Shown here: piece after piece, positions 38,518 through 51,123 of the stretch
Position numbering within the stretch: position 1 is the first letter of the stretch
How the letters are laid out: every line of letters starts with the position of its first letter
IMG/VR virus record: IMGVR_UViG_3300045526_000297
Span: 1 to 58,017 of that record
DNA length: 58,017 nucleotides
DNA from: a virus
Taxonomy: Duplodnaviria > Caudoviricetes
Reading direction: 5' to 3' (one strand)
The notes under the pieces: generated by a model
The model's input: only the letters and a program-made list of their open reading frames with translations
Databases searched by the model: none
What the model was told of the DNA's origin: nothing
Made by a program: the position numbers and the translations under genes

Positions 38518-41500
38518 ATGACTTCGGAAAACAAAAAATTTACTTTGGGTATTTTTGAATATCTCACCATCATCTTTATTGTTCTCAAACTTACAGGATT
38601 GGTAGATTTTACTTGGTGGCAAGTATTTTCTCCTAAAATTATTGGTGTATCTATTGCTCTTATTGAAGGTATTATTGAAGGTTTTATTGAAGCATATCAA
38701 AAGGACAAGGAGAATCTGAAATGACTGAAACCACTTTTAATCTGACCGAAAATCACATCAAACTTCTGAGGAATATGTATGTTTATTGGAATGGTTGTGA
38801 ATATGGAGCACCAGCAATTAACCCAAAACGACCTTATGGAAATAGTTCGGTTGAGTGTGATATTCATCGTATCCTAACTGGTGAAGAACCAGATGAATTG
38901 TCCGATGAACTTGATGAAGAATACTATAGACTACATCGGGAGACCCAGACTGCACTTCAAATTGTTCTTACGACTGGTAAATTTGAAGTTGGTGTTTATG
39001 AACGTAGCAAATGGTATCTAATGGATTGGAAACTGAAATGACTAACCTTAACTACCTTTGTTTCGTTGATGGACTGTTAGAGTTTGCCAGCACCGACCCT
39101 GCTTCTTTCGCACACTATCAGTTAGTGTATGCCGAAGAACACAGGGATGCTGACGTTCAGTATCTTACTCTGACTGATGAAGAGTATGATGAAATGTTCC
39201 CTTATGAAGAGGATGAGGAATGACTGACATTTCCAACCTTTCTTACAAAGAACTTCAACAACTTGAAAAACAAATTGAAGAACGAAAGGAGTTTCTAAAA
39301 CAATCAAAAGAATGTGCTGTTGGTTATAAGGTGACTTTCTGTGTGAAGTTCAATCCTTATGCTCACAGGAACGATGAACTGAATAATCCAGATGATTTTG
39401 GAGATTGGTTGGTGAATGACCCCACAGATTTAATCATCAAATACTTTGGTCTTTCACTACCTCGCGAAGATGTAAGTGGATTTGAGGTTGTAGAAATGAC
39501 TGATGTGGATAAATTGGAATGGAAAGCATTTTGGGAGGGTGAAGAATGAGGTTTTGTAATGAAACTTGAATTCAACTTTGTGAAACCAGGAGTATTCAAT
39601 CTTCCTGAAATTGACTGGTGGGGATTTGACCCTAACGACCACATAGAAATCCAACCACACTGGACGATGGCACACATCGCAGTAGAAATGGAATTGTTCC
39701 CATCAGTCGGTCAAGCAAAAAAGAATGGATGGGACAAACCTATTCCACAAGGATTTACCGAACAACGACGCATCGGTAAAATGAAAAAGAGTATGTTTAT
39801 TCACAATCCATCTGACAACTTTATCAACGATTCTAACTGGGGGAAAGACTAATGACTTTCATTGAAACCATTAATCATTTCATTCAAGACACAGAAGGTA
39901 ATCTTCAATGTTATGAATGGGACATTCGTGATGAACTAAACAGAGAAGAACCAGATATTACTTGGTATACTGAGCAGTATGATCTGTGTAAAAAACGTAT
40001 AGAAGACCTTGAGGCAATCAAATCTGAACTTGCTCGTCTTCAACGATATGATGAAGAACTTTCCAGTGTAATGCCTAAAGATTACAAGGATTGGTGGCAG
40101 AATAGTCCAGAGGAATGGCCTTTGGTTGCCAAATACTCTATTGAAAGTTTGAGAGAACGTGAAGAACTTGCTTGGAAGCACCTTGAACGTGCTACAATGA
40201 ACGAACCTACTGGATTGATTGGAGACCCACAATGAGCGGCGGACACTTTAACGACTGTGGTTACGATTACTACAAGGTAGCACAGTTTGCTGATGAACTT
40301 GAAGAAGAGATTTGGAACAATGACAAAGAAGATGAGTTTGGTTGGAAACCTAACCACGAACCTGAAGTGCTTGAGTATCTCAAAGAACAGATCCCCAAGA
40401 TGAGGAAGATGGCAGAGATTATGAGGCACATTGACTATTTGTATAGTGGTGATCACGGAGACGACAGTTTTATAGATCGTGTAATGGAAGTGGAGGCAAA
40501 GTATAATGACTGACGAACAGAAACTCACATATCTTCTAAAAGTTCTCAAAAATTACGCAGAACAACCAACTTGTTATAATCTAAATCCACATTATTCTCC
40601 TGTATTCAATGGTAGTTATGATGATGCCTTTGAAGATGGTTCTGATTATGGTGAGATTACTTTTGCCCGCACACTTTTAGAATGTATTGAGGTAGATTAT
40701 GTGTATCCTTGGAATGATGGTAAATGACTGAAATCAGCATCCGTGATTATACAGCAGAAGGTTCATTAGCATATTATACTATTGAGAAAGGTGAATGGAT
40801 TTATGATGGTTATGCTTCCACACTTGATGGTGCTTTTGAAATGATTAAGCACAATCTTGAATATGATTACTATAAGGACAACCAAAATGACTAAAGAAGA
40901 ACAAGAACAACTAATCCGAGTAAGAATTATCCCACAACTCAATACTCTTACAAATAACTTGTGGGATAATGGAAATTATACTCAAGGTCGTAAATTAGAT
41001 AGTATTATTGACGAACTAACCAACATTTTGAATGGGGTTGAGGATTGATTATGACTAAACGAAACATCAAAAAGGAAATCAACCATTCATACTATCCTGA
41101 TTATGAAAATGGAACCGATATTGAAACCATTTGCTATCCTTCCCTTATCTGTATTCTTACAGAACTGATTGATAGGGTAGAACAACTGGAACGAAGATTG
41201 GATAAAGAAGAAGAATACCAACAGGAACAAAATGACTGAAAGAGCACAAAGGATTATGAAGGCATACGAAGCAGAGGATACTTACAACTTTCCAAAAGAT
41301 GGAGTTGCTGCTGCTATTCGTGAGATTGCTAATTGTTTTGAATGGGGTAGTTATGGTCTTGCCGCATTGAATGCTGATGATTTTATTAAACTTGCTGATG
41401 AACTGAAGGAACTCAAATGAGTAAATTTTGTAAGGATTGCTTTTATTCGGAAACAAAGGAAATAATTGACCCTGTTACTAATGCTTTTGGAAATATTGTA

Positions 41501-42691
41501 AGTAACGATAATAAAGAACTTATGAGAAATGTAGGTCTTTCACATCCAGCAAAAGTAATCAAATGCCATTATGCAGGAAAACCTCAAATAGTAGATGGAA
41601 ATACTGATTGGTGTTATCAATGGAAACCTAATCGTGAGGAAGTAAAATGACCGATAAACCAACCACCGCACAAGAACTTGAAGAACTCTTTGGTAATGTA
41701 GATTTGGAACAACTCATCAAAGATGCAGTTTACAAAGAATTCAAAGAAGGTGCAGAAGAAATGCAAAGACAACACTACCATCATCTAATGACTACTTTGT
41801 ATGGTAGTAGTTTTGCTGATATGGTTATGATAGAAGAAAAGGTATTCTACAAGAAAATCAAACGCAGGATTTTTTATGAAGTGATTTGGTGGGGTGCTGA
41901 AAGTAGGCATACAAAATGTTTTTATAGTGTGAAGAAGATGAGGAAGTTTGTGAATGAACTTCATTCGTGGTATAATGACTATATTGAGATTGAGAAAAAT
42001 TGGTGTTATAGAGAATATTCACCAAGGCACAAGTGGTATTATATTTCCTTTGAACCAAATCATTTCCTTTGTGTAGAAAAATGGTAAAATACAATCGACC
42101 GATGAATGTCTTTGAGAAACTCCAAGCAGGTTGGTATTGGTTTGGTGAATGTTTTGATGAATGGTGCTGGACTATGACACACGAAGATGGAGAGTTGTTT
42201 AACTATCTTCAAAGTGATTATGTTGCTTATGAGGAGGATATGTATTATGAATAAACTTCACAATATTCGGTATGGATTTATGAAGTTTTCTTGGACATTT
42301 CAACAGTGGCAGGCACTTATGTTTTCTCATATTCCTTGTGAAGGAGAAACCTATGAGGATTGTGATATGGAAAATCTTAGATTGTGTTTCTTTCAATACT
42401 TAAATAACTGTGAGGGAGATTATGAATAACCTTCTACAAAAATATAAAACCTACACTCAAAAACAAAACAGCAAATATTATAGTGAATATGCTGAATGGT
42501 TCCAACCTTATTTTGCTTGGAACCCTTTTGATGATAGGAATGATTGGCAACCAGAATGGTTGAGAGAGTATATGTATGGATGGAGTGGAGTTGGTTATGC
42601 TTGGGAGTGTTGGAGTTATTTGATGAGAGATAAAAAGTATTCTTATCAACTACCAAATGCTTTTTGGTTGGAACTGAATGGGAGTAGGTAA
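38518..42691 (+). other. cassette of about 19 small hypothetical CDSs
   Basis: Continuous + strand ORFs, mostly ATGA overlaps and many starting ATGACT; 38518-38724 is membrane-like. Confidence 0.7.
39559..39852 (+). CDS. hypothetical protein with an S4-like RNA-binding motif
   Basis: MAHIAVEMELFPSVGQAKKNGW...IGKMKK resembles the S4/TyrRS C-terminal pattern. Confidence 0.4.
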   Translation: MKLEFNFVKPGVFNLPEIDWWGFDPNDHIEIQPHWTMAHIAVEMELFPSVGQAKKNGWDKPIPQGFTEQRRIGKMKKSMFIHNPSDNFINDSNWGKD

Positions 42692-42692
42692 A

Positions 42693-42765
42693 GGACACTT
42701 TCAAAACTGGAACAGGGGCACTTGAAAATGGGTGCCCTTTCTGGTATGATACTCTCATACACAAA
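42693..42765 (+). promoter_or_regulatory. early promoter/stem-loop repeat, copy 4
   Basis: GGACACTTTCAAAACTGGAACA, GGGCAC/GTGCCC hairpin over TTGAAA-17-TATGAT. Confidence 0.85.
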
Positions 42766-42773
42766 GAACCAAA

Positions 42774-45430
42774 ATGAAAGTCAAAGAAGTGATGAGTGTT
42801 CGCACTTATTATGTTACGATGGAAACTGTGAATGGTGATTTTCAGTATAGAACTGATTGGACTGGTAATTGGGAGTTTCTTAATGGTTCATTTTGGGAAA
42901 CTATTGATGATACAGAAATACTCCAAAAAACACTTACTGAATATTGGGAAACGAAAAAAGAAGGTTAGGACGATGACATTCCTTCATAAACTTATACTCA
43001 CCAACAAGTATCTCCGTTACACTCCATTCTGGTGGTGGTGGAGGTTAATGTCTCACGAAGGTTTTCGTTTTGATGATTATTATGTGTGGGGAGAGTTCTG
43101 GCACTCTCTCAACGCAGGGTATTTGGATATGAACTACAAATGGGAGTTTGAGAAGTTCTGGGGTAAAGGAGCACAAGCAGAGAAGATTGTTCTACCACAA
43201 AAGGACTTTGATGCTCTGGTAGATAGATTGAATGAACCACCAGAGTATAATGAAAAGATTGCTAAACTATTACAAAGGAAAGCACCTTGGGACGACGAAT
43301 GAAACCTCTTCCAGATAAACTACAACTTGATATTATGTGGAGTGTTGCCACCAGTTCCGCAATAGAAACAAGACAAAAACCACATCTTATTTTTGCTAAA
43401 CTTCTTTATGACGAACTCAACGACATTCAACCACTTGTGAAACTGGGAGATAAAAATGACTGACGAACAAAAACTCACACTTCTTCTCAAAGTTCTCAAA
43501 GAATACGCAGAGACACCACACTGCTATGATAAGTATTGTGATGATTTCAATCCAAATGATTATACTAATGGTGAGGATGCCTTTGGGGATGGTATTGATT
43601 GTGGTGAGATTATGTTTGCCCGCACACTTTTAGAACAGATTGGTGTAGAATTTGAGTATCCTGTGATGAAAGAAAATGACTGACTTAATTGAAGCACTTC
43701 AAATTCTTTTGAAGTATGGAAATCCCGAAGCACCTACTTTTTTCGGTGATAATTATGGTTTATGTATCACTCCCGAAATTTCTCCATCAAATGTAACGGA
43801 AGAAGACAAAGCAAAACTTGAAAAACTTTCGTTCTTTGTAACGACAGATTGTGGTTATGAATTATTTTGTTCGCATAAATTTGCTTCTTGCTAATGACTG
43901 AAACAATCAAAGAAACTCTCATCAAAATCAAAGAAGTAGCAGACAAAATTCTTAAAACTCATAAGAACTCCACAGAAACATTTGGAGGAGTGAATTATGG
44001 TGATTTGAGAGTTGTGGATGTTTCTTACAATCTTCACTTGGATGGTGAGGAGAATTATAGTGTGTTTATTGAGGAATGTTCTCCAACTGCTTATGAGTTT
44101 CAGGAGTTTATGCTAGAATGTCTCAAAGACAAACTTGGTTTTTTTGTAAATGTGGTGTGTGAGTGGTGAATTATGAAACTAAATGAAGGTGCCTTTTTTG
44201 CTATTGTAGTTGTTGCCCTCACTATTATTTGTGCTGGTTCTATTTTACTTGATTATTGGAATGCCAATCAAATCCGTATGACTTATCAACAAGCATACTC
44301 AAAAAATCAAGATTGTAGGATTGCCTCACAGCAGAGTGGTTTTACAAACTCTATTGAGAAGATTTGTGGTAAAGTTCCTGTGTTTGAGGATTATAAGAAT
44401 GAGTGAAATTTTTGCAGGTCTTACTATTATTGTGCTTACCTTCTTTGGTGGATATAATTGGGGTAAGTTTGATGGTAGAAATCAAGGAGAAGATGAAACG
44501 AGAAACAGAGTGGTTCTTTATTGTATTGAGAAACCACAACTCTGTAAGGAGGAGTATAATAATATCAAGACACAACAAAAACTTTACAAGTATCAAAAAC
44601 CTGAAATCAAATGACTAAACAATCCCTAACAACACTTGACCTTTACATTCTCACAGATACTGTTCTACACTCTATAAGTCATGGTGATTATTGGACTGGT
44701 TCTGCTACAAAAGAAGGAAGAGAACAGGTGCTCAAAAAACTTCAAATGATTATGAATGAAATGAATGTGGAACTGACTGTGGAGAAAACTGATGACTGAA
44801 GAACAAATCCTTGAACTTGCTAAATCCTGTGGGTTTTTGAGATACACAAATGATGATGGAACACCCTCCGATTACTTTGATTGTTATGCGGAACAACTCT
44901 TGAAGTTTGCCCAAGCAATCTATGATGAAGGATATGAACAACATAGAAAAGACATTCTTGGAGAGGAACTTTATTATGGATGAACTTTATGCTGGTGGTC
45001 TAATATTTGGTTTTTTTGCTACTGTGGTCGCAGCTTTTATGAGTGGAGTTAGTATAGGAAGATATGACGGCAAATCTGCTGGTGAGAACGAAATGAGAAA
45101 CAGAGTGGTTCTTTATTGTATTGAGAAACCACAACTCTGTAAGGAAGAGTATAATAGTATCAAGACACAACAAAAACTTTACAAGTATCAAAAACCGGAA
45201 ATCAAATGACTGACCTTAAACTCTGTAAGGATTGTAAGTGGTATAAGAAAGATTGGTTTGAACACCTTACTGGTGGTGGAGACCGATTTGACTTATGCTA
45301 CAATCCAGTATTGAGTGAAAATCTGGTGACTGGAAAAGTCAAAGGTGGTCGTTATTGTACTTTTATGAGAATGTATGGTGGTGGATGTAAGGAAGAAGGT
45401 AAGTATTTTGAACCAAAAAGAACCTCATAA
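42774..45430 (+). other. cassette of about 12 small hypothetical CDSs, including duplicated membrane-anchored ORFs 44399-44614 and 44976-45209
   Basis: Coupled ORFs; duplicated C-terminus RNRVVLYCIEKPQLCKEEYN.IKTQQKLYKYQKPEIK. Confidence 0.7.
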
Positions 45431-45495
45431 ATACTAATGTCTGTTGGTACGGCAATACTCTACGGACAGATTAGGTGCTCTTTGGGGCACCTTTT
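45427..45495 (+). ncRNA. putative late small RNA (promoter ATAAATA, hairpin, intrinsic terminator)
   Basis: ATAAATA 45427-45433; CTAATGTCTGT...ACAGATTAG stem; terminator AGGTGCTC/GGGCACCT-TTT; 20-nt segment complementary to the downstream leader. Confidence 0.5.
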
Positions 45496-45499
45496 CTAT

Positions 45500-45507
45500 T
45501 ATAAATA
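45500..45507 (+). promoter_or_regulatory. T4-type late promoter TATAAATA
   Basis: Exact consensus 25 bp upstream of the endonuclease ATG. Confidence 0.8.
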
Positions 45508-45532
45508 GTAATGCCGTACCAATAGAATAGAA

Positions 45533-46204
45533 ATGACTTCACAAAGTCCAAGAATATACACATATAAAATTACTTTTGAAGAAGTACCTTATTATTACTA
45601 TGGGGTTCATAAGGAAAAATATTTCAATCAAGAGTATTTTGGTTCTCCATACACTCATAAGTGGTGTTGGGAACTTTATACTCCAAAAAAACAAATATTA
45701 GAAATATTTGACTTTACTGATGAAGGTTGGGTAGAAGCACAAGAAGTTGAAAAAAGATTAATTAAACCATTTTATAATGAGGATAAATGGTGTTTGAATG
45801 AAAATTGTGGTGGTAGATTTTCTATAAATCAACAAATAAGAGCAGGAAGTATTGGTGCAAATAAGTGTAAAGAACTTGGGACAGGTATTTACGCACTTAC
45901 TTTAGAACAAAAAGGTGAAAACGGTAAAAAAGCAAAAGAACTTGGTGTTGGGGTTCATTCATTATCAAAAGAACAATTGAGTGAAAATGGAAAACGAGGT
46001 GGTAGTATTGGTGGTAAAAAATCAAAAGAACTTGGATTAGGTATCCACGCACTTACCACAGAACAAAGAAGGGAAAATGGTAAAAAAGTTGCTTCACAAC
46101 GATGGGAATGTCTTGAAACTGGATTTACAACTAACGCAGGAAATCTTACTCAATATCAAAGAGCAAAAGGTATAGACACTTCTAAAAGGATAAAATTAGA
46201 TTGA
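45533..46204 (+). CDS. free-standing homing endonuclease-like protein (GIY-YIG/Seg-like)
   Basis: RIYTYKITF...YYYGVH...YFGS, EA..VEKRLI, CLNENCGG; repeated 'KELG.GI.ALT.EQ..ENGKK' DNA-binding-like repeats. Confidence 0.7.
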   Translation: MTSQSPRIYTYKITFEEVPYYYYGVHKEKYFNQEYFGSPYTHKWCWELYTPKKQILEIFDFTDEGWVEAQEVEKRLIKPFYNEDKWCLNENCGGRFSINQQIRAGSIGANKCKELGTGIYALTLEQKGENGKKAKELGVGVHSLSKEQLSENGKRGGSIGGKKSKELGLGIHALTTEQRRENGKKVASQRWECLETGFTTNAGNLTQYQRAKGIDTSKRIKLD

Positions 46205-46275
46205 GGACACTTGACGAACTGGAACAAGGGCACTTGAAAACAGGTGCCCTTTCTGGTATGATACTCTCATAAACA
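46205..46275 (+). promoter_or_regulatory. early promoter/stem-loop repeat, copy 5
   Basis: GGACACTTGACGAACTGGAACA, AGGGCAC/GTGCCCT hairpin, TATGAT (46257). Confidence 0.85.
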
Positions 46276-46284
46276 ACCAAACCG

Positions 46285-49200
46285 ATGACTGACGAGTATT
46301 ACTGCGATTATCCAAAAGAACCTATAGGTGGTCGTAATCCTTATTATCGTTGTTCTTATTGTAAAATTAGTGACCCACAAATCAACGGACAACTAAAAAA
46401 TCACGCAGAATGGTGTGAGTATCGTATAAAAATGGAGGCACGATAATGTATAATGACGACGATAGCACACCATTATTTTTTATTCTTATTGCTATCACTG
46501 CTATATTCTTTGTGGGTTATGGTATTGGATTTACTAAGGGAGAACAATTCTCACAACAAGAAACAATCAATTTTTGTGTAGAAAAACCTGCTGATTGTAA
46601 AACCAAGTATAATTACTACAAGTTGGAGAACCAAAAATGACTGCACGTAATCTCTATAAAGTTAAAATCACCTACGAAGTGATGGTTGTTGCCGAAGATA
46701 AAGATGATGCTTATTTTGTGACAAAGAAAAACGTAAGAGATATGGATGAACCATTCTCTGACATTGAAGTTGTTGAAACTATTGAGAGTGTGGATCAACT
46801 TCCTGCTGATTGGATTGGTGCCCTTCCTTATGGAGATAATCCTTATGAACTCTTTTGCGATCAAATTCTTAAACTACGGAAATGACTGAAAAAATACAAT
46901 ATTATAAAAGGTTAGTTCCAGAAGTTCGTGAAAAAACTGGTGCTGGGTATTTGGAGTGTTTGAAAGGTCTTTATATGTGTGAGGGGAATATTGAAAAGGC
47001 AGTTGAATGGGTAAAAAACCATCGTAGTTTTTATAATACTTATATTTGAGGCACGGAAATGACTAACAAACAACTTTACACCCTTTGTGGTGTCATAACA
47101 CTTTCTGCAGCGGCAATTGTAAACTCCCCATTTATGGCAATATCTGCTTTATTTTGGTTTCTCGCTTCACTGTGCGAGGCAAAATGAAAAAACAAGAACT
47201 CAAAGAACTTCTCACACCAGAGTTTCTTTCCACACTTCATACTGCTGTGGAATGTTGTAACTGGGATACTGATATGGTTGTGACGATGCAATTTTGTGAT
47301 TGGTGCTATAGAGTAGCAGGACAACCAGAACCAGAGTATAATATGGGTTTTGAGTTGGAGGATGAGGAATGATTTACCTTTCCTTTGGACTTTCAAATCC
47401 ATTCTCAAACCGAAAATTTACTTCAGTTTATGAGAATTCTGGAAAAACCTGGATGCCTCATAAGTTCTGGGACTTGACTATCTGTAAAAATAATTCTATA
47501 ATTCGTTTCACCTTTGATTTTACAATAAGAGAAGACCACGCAGGTTTTGGTTTTGATTTTGACCTTTTGGGTTATGGTATTGATTTTAGGTTTTATGACC
47601 ATCGGCACTGGGACTATGAAAACAATTGTTGGGAGGTTTATGAATGAGTACCTTTATTTCGTGCTATAATCAGGAAACAAGAGAACTGGAACACTATAAG
47701 GTTCCTTACGATGTTTCTGTGTATATCCAACAACTGGAATGTGAAATCAAGTATGGTTCTGGTGGTGTGAAACGACTTTATCCTTTTAGATTTGGAGAGA
47801 AGAATGAAAGTTTATCTTGTAGTTGAAGATTATGATAGTGGTCCAGGAATTGCGAGTTTAAATATTTGTAATATCTTTTCAACAGAAGAACGGGCAATTG
47901 AAAAGATGAATAAACTCATAGATGAAGAAAAAAGTTTTTGTGATGAGGAGTATCTTAATAGTCCATTTTATCAAAACTATTACCGTGTAGAAGAATGGGA
48001 AGTAGAAGAATGAGAGTTTATGATTACCGAATTGTAGAGAAACTTAATGTGGATACTATGAAACCTTATTTCATAATTCAAAAATATAATCTTATTACAC
48101 AAGAATATAACCTTTACTCAACTGCCCGCATCCAAACACTTGAAGAAGCACAAGAAGCAATACGACTAATTAGAAAATACAAAGAACCTGTGTATCATTA
48201 TGTTGAATAACCATCCATCATACTGCTGTCCCAAATGTGGAGAACAAATCGGTTGGTTGGGACGATTTTTTAACTTCTTTATTCCAAATTATCATAGGTG
48301 TGTGAAATGAATAAACCTTATTTGCTGATTGCTGGAGAAAATTATTACCCTTCTGCTGATACTGGTGATTGGAAAGGATGTTATTCTACAGTAGAAGAAG
48401 CAAAAGAACAAATTGAATATATTGACCATCCTGAATTTTTCACCACAGGTAAGATGAAAGGGCAACTAAAAAGTAATAATATTACCTATAAAATTGGGAA
48501 TAGTGTATTTGATTGGTATGAGATTGTAGACCTTCGTGAATGGACTGAAAAATGATTGAAATGAGAATTGTTGAAATTGGTGATGGTTACCGTCCAGAGT
48601 TTCAGTATCGGTATAAACTACCAGAAAATGAACAGTGGTTGGATTTTAAAGGTGATTTGGTTGAATGGAGTTATTGGGAAACTGCTCCTTATGTAAATTT
48701 GATGGAGATTGAAAATGATTGAAACACTCAAAAGTTACAAAATTGAATTCACAGAGCAACAAGCAAAAGAACTCTATACACTTCTATTATATACAAAAGA
48801 TACTGGTGATCTAAAACATGATGGAAGATATGTTGAACTACGACCACTTTATGAAGAACTGAAACAACTTTTTGATAATGGGATACGATGACTAAACAAT
48901 TTTTTGATAAAATAGTTTGTGATGAGACAAATAATACCAAACAAGATGTTGATAATGGGGTTGTAAATGCAGATATCTATGGTTTCGTAGTTGATAAAGT
49001 TGATATAGTTGATATTACCATTGAATTAAATGTGGAGAAAAAGAATGACTAAACCAGAACTGAAATGTTTTAGGGAGGATTGTAAAACTTATATTACGAA
49101 TATTACTCTTTATAATCCAATAAAACCCCCCACTTGTATTCTTGAATGTTCCACTTGTAGCAAAAAATGGAAAGGAACATATGAAAATGGTGTAACGATT

Positions 49201-51057
49201 TATAATGAACTGAAACAACTTTTTGATAATGGGATACGATGACTGAACCAACAGACACAGAAATCCTTGAGTTTCTACTCAATCAGTTCAAACCACATTC
49301 TCTCAAAATGAATGGTGAGAGTGATTGGGTGTTTATAAATACTGGATTTCCTATGAATAAAGCAAAAGGTAAAAGTGCCCGTGATGCTGTGATTGCTGCT
49401 ATGGAGGCAAAATGACTGACGAACAATTACTTGAAGAATACAACAAAGAAATTTACAAACAATACGCAAAGCAGGGTGAAATGACTGTTGCCCGACTAAT
49501 TGAAAGTCATAGACATCTGCGACAACTAAACATAGAATGGAATGGGGCATTTGATGAGGCGCGGAAAGAAGGATATAAGCACGGTTATGAATGGGGAATA
49601 AAAAATGTAGAAGAAAATACAATTCAATATGAAGACCTCCGTAAAATGACTATTCAAGAACTCGCAAATCTTATTGGAACTGATGATGACTAACGATTAT
49701 CCAAAGTGGGAAGAGATTTACAACAACGAACTTACTCTTCAAGCACTCTTTGAGAAACTTATTGATGTTGAGAACCGAATGAAAGATGAGATTTTTATGC
49801 TTGAAGATAGAATAGATAAACTTGAATGGGAACTCAAAGATAATATAAATCGTATTGAGAATAAATTAAATTATATGATTGAATACACCGATAATGACTA
49901 AACCACAAAGAGATTGAAAAACTATGACGGAATGGAAACCTGAAAAGAATATCTCATCTCCGTGGGATGTTGATGTGCGTGAGATAAATGTGGGACAACC
50001 AATAAAACCATCAGGGGATAATTTACCATATCCTTATACATCTACCTACATTCATAATCCAGAAGTGATTTGTGAGTGCGACTTGTTCGGGCAAAAACAA
50101 GTGGTAATCTCATTTTATAGAAGTGGTAGTTTTCCAGTTCCAAACAGATGGATTAGATTTTGGACTAAAGTGTTCTTCAATAGCAAATGGAATTTCAAGA
50201 AATGACTAAACCTGTAATCAAAATACGAAAAACCCCAAAAGCATACAAACTAAATCCCGAGAAACTCAAAGGAGCATCTCAAAGTATTCTTCCTTATCTG
50301 TTTGGTAGTCATCTTTATTATTCAGAAGATTATGAGTATTTTGATAAAATAAAATATTATCTTGATATTCCTGAACCCAGAAAGAGTATTGAAGAACTTC
50401 AACAAGAACTTGATGAGAAGATTGATGCTCTTATAAAGACAACAAAAGAAAAGTTTGAGTGTTCTAACTATTTTGCTGGAAAAAGATATAACGAAAAGTT
50501 TGATAGGATTATTCAGGACTTTGAGTATGCGAAAGAGCACGGACAGTTTCCACTAAAATACACTATTGGAACTCTTAGTGGTTCTTATTTGATTTCTAAT
50601 GGTACTGAAGTAAAATGGACACAATCCTTTGTAATCAAACAGGGGAAAACACACGAAGGTTATTATACTTTTGGAAACCGTAAATATTTCAAGTATTATA
50701 TGCCTGATAAACCGAATGTGATTGTGAGGTTCTTTATGAGAACTTGTCTTGGGTTCGTGTGGGTGGATGAGAAGAATGACTAACCCACTCCTACAAAAAT
50801 ATGAAGAACTCTACGGAAAGAAAGAAGAACCAAAACCACAAAAGACACACATAGAAAAACTGAAAGAACTTCGGGATACTTCTACCATTCCAATCACAAA
50901 ATTCACAACTCACGATATTGATAGTATTAACGATAGTTTCTTACAGATTGCCGAAAAGGTAAAAAACAAAGAGGCACAAGTAACTTCTATGAATATGGAT
51001 TATGAACATCAAACTCGCACACAAAGAATTACTTTTGAGGTCTTTACCAATTTTTGA
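46285..51057 (+). other. cassette of about 22 small hypothetical CDSs
   Basis: Continuous coupled + strand ORFs, several with CxxC motifs (46285-46446, ~48203, ~49045). Confidence 0.7.
46882..47049 (+). CDS. stand-alone EF-Ts N-terminal (UBA-like) domain protein (55 aa; absent from the ORF track)
   Basis: MTEKIQYYKRLVPEVREKTGAGYLECLKGLYMCEGNIEKAVEWVKNHRSFYNTYI compared with the EF-Ts consensus [20 protein letters not shown]....GDIEKAIEWLR. Confidence 0.75.
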   Translation: MTEKIQYYKRLVPEVREKTGAGYLECLKGLYMCEGNIEKAVEWVKNHRSFYNTYI

Positions 51058-51120
51058 ACTGGCACACCACTTCCCACAAGGAGGTGGTTTTGCCCTATAA
51101 TACACTCATAAGCAACCAAA
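51046..51120 (+). promoter_or_regulatory. early promoter/stem-loop repeat, copy 6
   Basis: GAACTGGCACACCACTTCCCACAAGGAGGTGGTTTTGCCCTATAAT. Confidence 0.85.
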
Positions 51121-51123
51121 CCG

